A stretch of 62,596 nt of DNA, the filler included, from an uncultured bacterium (GTDB taxonomy: Bacteria > Latescibacterota > UBA2968), in assembly GCA_964471275.1 (NCBI GenBank). It is 4 parts of 4 records of this genome, joined end to end, with 100 filler letters (N's around TTAATTAATTAA, not from the genome) between each part and the next. Parts side by side here need not be neighbours in the genome. Positions count along the whole stretch, not along the records: positions 47,272 to 62,596 come from CAYYGZ010000106.1; 3 more parts are not named here. One strand, 5' to 3'. Below are positions 56,228 through 62,596 of the stretch, piece by piece. The notes below the pieces were generated by a model. The model worked only from the letters and a program-made list of their open reading frames with translations, was not told the DNA's origin and ran no database searches. Positions within the stretch are counted from its first letter, which is position 1; each line of letters opens with the position of its first letter. A program made the translations under genes and the position numbers.

Positions 56228-56641
56228 ATGACCGTGACCGATCTTCCGGCCCTCAATGCAACCCTCAATGGCATCAGTGCCATTCTTCTGGCGCTTGGAT
56301 ACTACAAGATCCGTTCCGGAAACCGGGATGCGCACCGAAAAGTGATGTTTGCGGCTCTGGTCTGCAGCATTCTGTTCCTCGCCTCCTATCTTATCTACCA
56401 TTTCAATGTCGGGTCGGCAGGCTACCCGCACCACGATTGGACTAGACCGATTTACTTTGCGATCCTCATCCCACACGTCATCCTGGCCGCAGTGAACGTT
56501 CCCCTGATTGTGCTTGTTGTGCGGCGGGCGTATACGGGAGAGCTCGATCGACATCGCAGTCTGGCGAGGTGGGTGTGGCCCGTATGGATGTTTGTGTGCC
56601 TGAGCGGAATTATGATCTACTTGATGCTGTATCACTCGTAA
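56228..56641 (+). CDS. DUF420-family membrane protein
   Basis: LP.LNA.LN, H...M, FL.SYL.YH, IL.PH..LA, H..LARW..P.W. Confidence 0.9.
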   Translation: MTVTDLPALNATLNGISAILLALGYYKIRSGNRDAHRKVMFAALVCSILFLASYLIYHFNVGSAGYPHHDWTRPIYFAILIPHVILAAVNVPLIVLVVRRAYTGELDRHRSLARWVWPVWMFVCLSGIMIYLMLYHS

Positions 56642-56678
56642 CGTCGCGTTGAGAAGTCACATACTCGGAGTCTAACCC

Positions 56679-57575
56679 GTGCGCGTACTCATATCTGGTG
56701 CATCGGGGCTGGTTGGTACGGCCCTCACAGAACATCATTTTTCTCTGGGTGATCAGGTCAGCAAGGCTGTTCGACGCAATGCTCAAAGTGATGTCGAGAT
56801 TTCATGGGATCCGGGAGGCGAGTCTTTCGATGCGACCCGATTCGAGGGATTCGACGTTGTCTACCATCTTGCCGGAGAGAACATCGCGGACGGACGCTGG
56901 ACGAAGGCGAAGAAGCATCGGATTCGGGACAGCAGAATCGCCGGTACCCGGGTTCTTTCCGAAACACTCTCCCACCTTGACCACAAACCTCCGGTTCTGG
57001 TCTCGGCGTCGGCCATCGGCTTTTACGGCAACCGGGGTGACGAGAGACTGCGCGAAGACAGCGCGCCGGGCGAGGGGTATCTGCCAGAAGTCAGTGCGGC
57101 GTGGGAGGAGGCGACCCGGGTCGCCTCGGATGCGGGAATCCGGGTAGTGAACGTCCGGATTGGAATCGTGCTCAGCCAACGTGGTGGGGCTCTTGCGAAG
57201 ATGCTGCCACCGTTCAGAATGGGCATTGGTGGCAATATTGGCTCAGGAAATCAGTATATGAGTTGGATTACGCTAGATGACCTGGTCGGCGTGCTCAACC
57301 ATTGCGCAATCACCTCGAGCGTGTCGGGTCCCGTCAATGGGGTTTCTCCGAACCCGGTGACCAATCGTATCTTCACAAAATCTCTGGGACGAGTTCTTTC
57401 GAGACCTGCGTTCTGTACGCTGCCGGCCCTTGCGGCTCGGATCGCATTCGGCGAAATGGCGGATGCCCTGTTGCTCTCGAGCACGAGGGTCGAGGCGAGG
57501 CGGCTCTTCGAAGCAGGATATGACTTCAAGCATCCCAACATCGCGCAGGCGCTACAGGCGGTGTTGGCAAGGTAG
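56679..57575 (+). CDS. TIGR01777-family NAD-dependent epimerase/oxidoreductase (YfcH-like)
   Basis: SGASGLVG, LAGE.I...RWT, SASAIGFYG, RIGIVL...GGAL, G.QYMSWI..DD. Confidence 0.93.
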   Translation: MRVLISGASGLVGTALTEHHFSLGDQVSKAVRRNAQSDVEISWDPGGESFDATRFEGFDVVYHLAGENIADGRWTKAKKHRIRDSRIAGTRVLSETLSHLDHKPPVLVSASAIGFYGNRGDERLREDSAPGEGYLPEVSAAWEEATRVASDAGIRVVNVRIGIVLSQRGGALAKMLPPFRMGIGGNIGSGNQYMSWITLDDLVGVLNHCAITSSVSGPVNGVSPNPVTNRIFTKSLGRVLSRPAFCTLPALAARIAFGEMADALLLSSTRVEARRLFEAGYDFKHPNIAQALQAVLAR

Positions 57576-57831
57576 AGGCGGCGTAGATCACGAGACACAA
57601 GACTACACGAGGCGTCACGACCCCATCCACAGAGAGTCGTGTACGTTCTACGCACAAATGGATCGGAGAAGGCTTCCCTTACAATGTGTGTCTTGCGCTA
57701 AATCTGATGCATCCGGTCCCGACTGTCAGAAGGCGGTATATCCGCCCTCGGATACACATACATGAGGAGACAGTCCGGGTGCGCTCAAGAGCAGAAGGCG
57801 GCTGGACGATCAAGTAGGAGAACGACGAGAA

Positions 57832-58461
57832 ATGATCAACCGTAGCAGCTGGATCCTGACCATCGTGTTCTGCGTCTCGTGTTCGCAAACAGCGGACAGG
57901 GATATGCTTTTTGCTATAAAGAAGAACCGGGCTGAGGTCGTTCGCGATCTGATCGTCGAGGGACATCCGGTCGACGCCCGGAAGAGCGGGAACACGCTAT
58001 TGATGGTCGCGGCGGCGAGCGGAAAGACAGAGGTCGTGAAAATTCTGATCGAGAACGGCGCCGACGTTAACGCAGAATCCTACGGTTTCACGCCTCTCCA
58101 TCTGGCGCTGAAGAAGGGGAAGAAGGATGCGGCAAAACTCCTGATCAAGAACGGTGCGAACATTAACCACGCACGATACGGCATCACGAACCTGATGGTC
58201 GCATCGGAGAAAAATCTCAAAGAGACGGTCCCGCTTCTCCTCGAGAAGGGAGCAGACATTCACGCCACGGACCCTGGGGGATGGACGGCTCTGCACTACG
58301 CCGTGCACACGGGACGAAAGGATATCGTGCCCATCTTGCTGGATGCGGGCGCAGATATCAACGTCCAAGCACGAAACGGTCAGCGTCCTCTGTCTTATGC
58401 GATTACGTGGGAACGAGATGAGATCGCGGCGATGATGGTGGAACGGGGCGCGGTGCAGTAG
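57832..58461 (+). CDS. Ankyrin-repeat lipoprotein
   Basis: Lipobox-like CVSC; about five repeats of G.T(P/A)L..A...G...V..L...GAD(V/I)N. Confidence 0.9.
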   Translation: MINRSSWILTIVFCVSCSQTADRDMLFAIKKNRAEVVRDLIVEGHPVDARKSGNTLLMVAAASGKTEVVKILIENGADVNAESYGFTPLHLALKKGKKDAAKLLIKNGANINHARYGITNLMVASEKNLKETVPLLLEKGADIHATDPGGWTALHYAVHTGRKDIVPILLDAGADINVQARNGQRPLSYAITWERDEIAAMMVERGAVQ

Positions 58462-58533
58462 CTGCCTGGTTGAGACTACAGGGGGTATCGCCTTCGGCGG
58501 ATATACAGCAGACCGGTAGAACGAAGGGACAAG

Positions 58534-58563
58534 GGTCAGTGCCTCAGCATCGAGGTACTGGCC
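58534..58563. terminator. Hairpin between convergent genes
   Basis: GGTCAGTGCCTC-agcatc-GAGGTACTGGCC, 12 bp stem with G-U pairs. Confidence 0.45.
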
Positions 58564-58670
58564 TCATTGGCTTCGGGCTTGGATGGCGCGATGCCGGGTA
58601 ACCGTGGGGGCTATTCCTCCTGATTATCCAGAACCGGAAGCCTGGCTGGGTCCTGCCCGTCCATATCCCC

Positions 58671-60002
58671 TCATCCATTCATCCGACATACGGCTTCGAA
58701 CAGGATCTGAACGGCAAACCTGACGTTCGCCGCACTCACTCGTTCGTCGTGGCCGTGGCAGAGCTCGAAGAAACCTGGGCCCGGTTCGTGGCGCATCGGG
58801 ACATACCCATAGATCTTGATATCCAGGTCTTTGAGGAAACGTGCATCCGTTCCACCTGTTTGCATATACGGGACTACGATCGCTTCCGACTCAAACAGAC
58901 GCGTCGCATCGACCAGCACTCCGAAGAGATCAGACTGATGATCGAACTGGACCCCTTCGTGGTACGATTCCAGATCGATCTCCACACTGTCACCAACGGC
59001 TTCTCTCATTTCGGACAAAAAAGAAGACTCCGTCGCACCGGGAAGGGGCCTGCCGGATAGACCGACACGGGCCTCGGAAGGAATCACATTCCGTTTCACC
59101 CCCGCGTTCAGAAGCGTTGGCGCGCACGTGTTCCGAAGCATCGCATCGAACATCAGGCGATCACGCTCCTCTATAGGCAGCTCACGCAACGCCTCATCCG
59201 ATTGGTTCGGGTCCAGGACGGCCAGTAAAAGCTCAGCGATTCGGTCATCGGCCTGCGCATCTGCCGCACTCTCAAAGAAGGCCTGAACGCTATCGGGAGG
59301 GTGATGCGGTAATTTCGCCTCACCGAGCCAGGCCAGGGCACGGCCAAGACGAACAATCGCATTCTGGTCGTGCGGGACCGAACTGTGACCGGGCTTTCCC
59401 TTCGCCACAAGATCGACCGGTGCACTCCCCTTCTCCGCAACCTGCACGAGATACAGTGGCCTGCCGTCGATCATCACAGTGAAACCGCCTGCCTCGTTAA
59501 TACCGTATTCGGCATCAAACACGTCCGGGTGATTCTTCGCCAGCCAGTCGACACCGTATGTGGCACCCAGCTCTTCGTCTGCGGCTGCGACCAGAACAAG
59601 ATCTCTCTTCAGCTTGATCCCCTCACGCTTGACCATCAGCAGCACCTGCATCATCACGGCACCCGTCAGCTTCGAGTCGATGGCGCCTCTCCCCCACACA
59701 TACCCGTCTGCTAGCTCGCCACCGAACGGCTGGAACCGCCACTGATCGGGTTCGGCGGGAACAACATCGAGATGAGACAGGAGCAGCAGCGGCCGACGAC
59801 TGCCGTCGCCCTTCAACCGGACCACCAGATTCCCGCGTTCCGCTGCCGATTCGTAGACCTCTGCGGCGATCCCATTAGCCTCCACCTCGTTCGCCAGATC
59901 CCGGGCGAGGATTAGTTCCTGACCCGGCGGATTCGTCGTGTCGAATCGTACCATCCTTCGCAGTCTCTCGACAGCTTCGCTCCCTGCCTTGTCCCAATTC
60001 AT
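58671..60002 (-). CDS. M20/M25/M40 family metallo-hydrolase
   Basis: SHLDVVPA, WGRGAID.K, ADEE, NE.GG, GHSS.P, GGTD, HGHDER. Confidence 0.93.
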   Translation of the reverse strand: MNWDKAGSEAVERLRRMVRFDTTNPPGQELILARDLANEVEANGIAAEVYESAAERGNLVVRLKGDGSRRPLLLLSHLDVVPAEPDQWRFQPFGGELADGYVWGRGAIDSKLTGAVMMQVLLMVKREGIKLKRDLVLVAAADEELGATYGVDWLAKNHPDVFDAEYGINEAGGFTVMIDGRPLYLVQVAEKGSAPVDLVAKGKPGHSSVPHDQNAIVRLGRALAWLGEAKLPHHPPDSVQAFFESAADAQADDRIAELLLAVLDPNQSDEALRELPIEERDRLMFDAMLRNTCAPTLLNAGVKRNVIPSEARVGLSGRPLPGATESSFLSEMREAVGDSVEIDLESYHEGVQFDHQSDLFGVLVDATRLFESEAIVVPYMQTGGTDARFLKDLDIKIYGYVPMRHEPGPGFFELCHGHDERVSAANVRFAVQILFEAVCRMNG

Positions 60003-60691
60003 GTCAGCTGTTCCTCTTCAATCTCCTCAGGTTGTGATCGCGCTTTGCCTGCCAAATAGAACGAGTAGAGAATCAGAGCCACGGCGATGAGGGCCCAGAC
60101 GATGCCCCAAAACAGAGCCGGTATATCGGTCAGGGAAGCAAGTGTATCGGCATCGCTTCCGTTCTGGGAAACACTGATCACGTCTTCGTAAATGTCGACA
60201 ACCACGTACAGACAACTCGCCGTTCCCAGGAACTGCATCATCACCTGCACCATCCAGGTCGGCAGGAAACGACAGAGGACAAACAACAGAACTGCCCCAC
60301 CGGCGGTGTATAGCACGCCGAACGTGTTTCGGACCCAGAGCAGCGTCACCACCAACATCACCGCTGCGATAATTGTGCCCATTATGCGGCTGTGATCCGT
60401 GCGGGAGGCTACAATCAGGATCAACCCACCCCACACCAGGCTGCCCAAGTAACCTGCGCTCGCGACAATGAGCCGATTGCCACCACGATACTGACAATAG
60501 CCCCCAATGCGTTCGTTCACTTCGATCGTCAGGATCTCGCCACCCGTCAGCAATGCAGCGATTCCGTGGCTGATTTCGTGCAAGAGGACAACGAAGAGTT
60601 TGATCGGGTACAGAGCAAGCGTGGACCAGAGCCAGACCGTACAGCCAACCAGGGCAATCAGGATGAATACCTGTAGTGAGCGTGGACTCAT
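59999..60691 (-). CDS. M50B-like membrane metallopeptidase
   Basis: VLLHEISHGIAALLTGG, SAGYLG, SDA..LA..T. Confidence 0.88.
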   Translation of the reverse strand: MSPRSLQVFILIALVGCTVWLWSTLALYPIKLFVVLLHEISHGIAALLTGGEILTIEVNERIGGYCQYRGGNRLIVASAGYLGSLVWGGLILIVASRTDHSRIMGTIIAAVMLVVTLLWVRNTFGVLYTAGGAVLLFVLCRFLPTWMVQVMMQFLGTASCLYVVVDIYEDVISVSQNGSDADTLASLTDIPALFWGIVWALIAVALILYSFYLAGKARSQPEEIEEEQLT

Positions 60692-60693
60692 GG

Positions 60694-61872
60694 TCAGGAG
60701 AGTGCCGTCTCGAACGCATCGACCAAGGCGAGAACATCCCCGTCGCGGAGGCATACCGGATTCAGCACCAGGACATCTTCGTTTACGCGGGATGCGTTCA
60801 CGTGAACGCTCGGATCGCCTGCGTTCAGCCGGTGTGTCACTGTCTTGCCATCGCCTGTCTTCAGGTTCACGTGCGCGCTCGGAATGGCCCCACCGTCCAC
60901 AAGGGTCACCTCAACCCCATCTAGCGCTCCCAATCCCTCCGCCATCTCGTTCACCTTCATCAACCAGCCTTCGCGACGCTTCTCTTCATCCGCGTCAATG
61001 AATCGCTTCAGAGCCGTCACCAACCCGGCAATCTGCTCCTTGCCGACCTTGCAGGGCCGACCGATGCCGTGCTGCGGTGCACCCGGCAGTACCGACTTGT
61101 CAATCAGGCTCTCTGGCGGTGACCAGAGATCAAACAGCACATCCTGATCGAGATGCTGAAGGGCTGCCGCCGAGATCAAATCCTTTCGCCCGCACAGTAT
61201 CCCTGATCCCTGTGGCCCCCCAATCACCTTCCCGCCGCTGAAACACACCAGATCGGCGCCCTCGATGATGAATCGCTTCAGATTCGACACCGGAGGGAGC
61301 TGTCCCGCCGCATCGACGATAACGGGCACGCCCTTCTCGTCCGCGACTGCTGTCACCTCTGCGAGCGGGGGCCGGGCATTGCCGTTTGCCACATACGCGA
61401 TCGCAGCTGTCCGTTCGGTGATCGCGCCTGCGATCTCCCACGCTTCGGTATCCCGAACACCTGCCCCGCTGTATCGATCCGAGATCCCCACCTCAACCAG
61501 TTCGATCCCCACCGACCGAATCGCGTGATCGTAGAAATTGCGGTGGCTACGCGCCATGATGACCTGGTTCTTGAGGCCCTCTGTATCCGGCAGTCGATTC
61601 ATTGCGGCAGGATCGAGCCCCGTAACACAGGCCGCAACACCAAGCAGCAGCCCGGCTGATGCGCCCGAAGTCACATAGCCTGCTTCAGCACCAGTAGCTT
61701 CCGCGATCATCTTCCCCGCCGCAGCCTGCAGTTCCGCTATATCATAACACGCTCGCGCTGCTTCAGCCATCGCTTCGACGACTTCATCATGCATAAGCGA
61801 GCCACTGAGTCGCGTCACGGGTCCGGCGGCGTTGATGATGGGTTTAACTGACAGGAGGTCTTGGAAACTCAT
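60694..61872 (-). CDS. SelA-like PLP-dependent enzyme (DgaE/SelA-related family)
   Basis: INAAG.VT.L.GS, GAEAG.VTSGA, DAA...PP..NL, FSGGK...GPQ.SG, GR..KV.KE. Confidence 0.88.
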   Translation of the reverse strand: MSFQDLLSVKPIINAAGPVTRLSGSLMHDEVVEAMAEAARACYDIAELQAAAGKMIAEATGAEAGYVTSGASAGLLLGVAACVTGLDPAAMNRLPDTEGLKNQVIMARSHRNFYDHAIRSVGIELVEVGISDRYSGAGVRDTEAWEIAGAITERTAAIAYVANGNARPPLAEVTAVADEKGVPVIVDAAGQLPPVSNLKRFIIEGADLVCFSGGKVIGGPQGSGILCGRKDLISAAALQHLDQDVLFDLWSPPESLIDKSVLPGAPQHGIGRPCKVGKEQIAGLVTALKRFIDADEEKRREGWLMKVNEMAEGLGALDGVEVTLVDGGAIPSAHVNLKTGDGKTVTHRLNAGDPSVHVNASRVNEDVLVLNPVCLRDGDVLALVDAFETALS

Positions 61873-62123
61873 TTCTAGTCACCTTTTATAGAGGCGCGTG
61901 GAGCACGGGGCAGGCAAGATCAGAAACGAATCTTCGTTGTCACGTGTTCGTCTGGGGGATCTGATAGACGTACCTTTCCGATAGGAGGAGCACCTGGAAC
62001 AAGCAAAGCGTTGATTCAGTCCTAAAGAGTATTCACGGATCCTGATTGGCATCCCCCCTCGTAGTGGTCCCTCAAAAACGAGACGTTTTCAAGCTGCCAT
62101 TAAAGTTGATTGATGTGCTTCAT

Positions 62124-62453
62124 TCACTTCATTTGGTGTTCGGTAGTCAAGCAACGAGAGCGACGAGAGACCTCGCCGCCGGGGAAGGTGTAGGCAAACT
62201 GAAGCATGGCCACCAGACTCATCAGTGTGACGAGTCCCTGAGCAGGCCCAAACGCGGTACGCCAGGGCATGTTGATGGCCATGAGCATGAACGAGCTGCA
62301 CATTGAGACGGAAAGCGCCGCGAAGAACACAATCAGACGCCAGGCCGAGCAGTCCTTCTTTATAGAGACAAGCAGGTATGCGGTGATCACCACCGCCAGA
62401 AAGACCTGTGTAAAGCTGGTGACCGAGTATTTGCTAAGTAGAATGGGTTCCAT
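62124..62453 (-). pseudogene. Probable truncated N-terminal TM region of a membrane sensor protein
   Basis: GGAG RBS; three hydrophobic helices ending LQFAYTFP, then an early stop with no cytoplasmic domain. Confidence 0.45.
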
Positions 62454-62596
62454 GGCTCCCCAGATGATGAAAGTAGACCGGAGACCCCAGACCGTCAAGA
62501 CGGTGTTCAACCAGACCTTGCCTGTCTACATGGGCGTAGCTACCATACTCCGGTAGGTGAACTAGTGGCCAGAAAGCCGCTGTCCCGCAATAAGCC

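Noticed and set aside
60694..61872. True selA serving the Sec-FDH
   Set aside because: At 392 aa it lacks the N-terminal tRNA-binding extension, its motifs fit the DgaE/SelA-like group, no selB is adjacent, and it is on another contig.
62560..62596. CTAGTG...TGTCCCGCAATAA as a second IS630 end
   Set aside because: Similarity to 15760-15782 is only partial and gapped, and the window ends there.

Overview
The window is not contiguous. It is four bacterial contigs (1-15920, 16021-31678, 31779-47171, 47272-62596) joined by N-runs that contain an artificial TTAATTAATTAA six-frame-stop linker, so adjacency across the linkers means nothing. The GC-rich sequence, sulfatases, DUF6785-type membrane proteins and polysaccharide lyases suggest an uncultured, possibly marine diderm such as a Latescibacterota-like MAG; this is inference only. 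Contig 1 holds a broken flagellin, an NAD-dependent formate dehydrogenase operon whose catalytic subunit is a selenoprotein (in-frame TGA plus SECIS, split in two by the ORF track), housekeeping enzymes, HU, an HPPD-like unknown protein and an IS630 remnant. Contig 2 is a cluster for acidic or sulfated glycan use (three lyase-type proteins, a sulfatase, two oxidoreductases). It has two DUF6785-like polytopic membrane paralogues, no recognisable transporter, and many REP-like and heptamer repeats. Contig 3 holds argS, a Zn-ribbon-fused aroK, aroB, a glycogen debranching enzyme, a sulfatase, and a two-subunit PFOR directly upstream of a decapitated E2 and an intact lpdA. Contig 4 holds a large Ig-rich secreted protein, guaA, nadB, several peptidases, a SelA-like PLP enzyme, and two unknown envelope proteins that share an FlgT-C-like domain, one of which appears to be a 3x4-strand pseudo-symmetric beta-barrel. 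All family calls come from motif recognition by eye; no database search was run.
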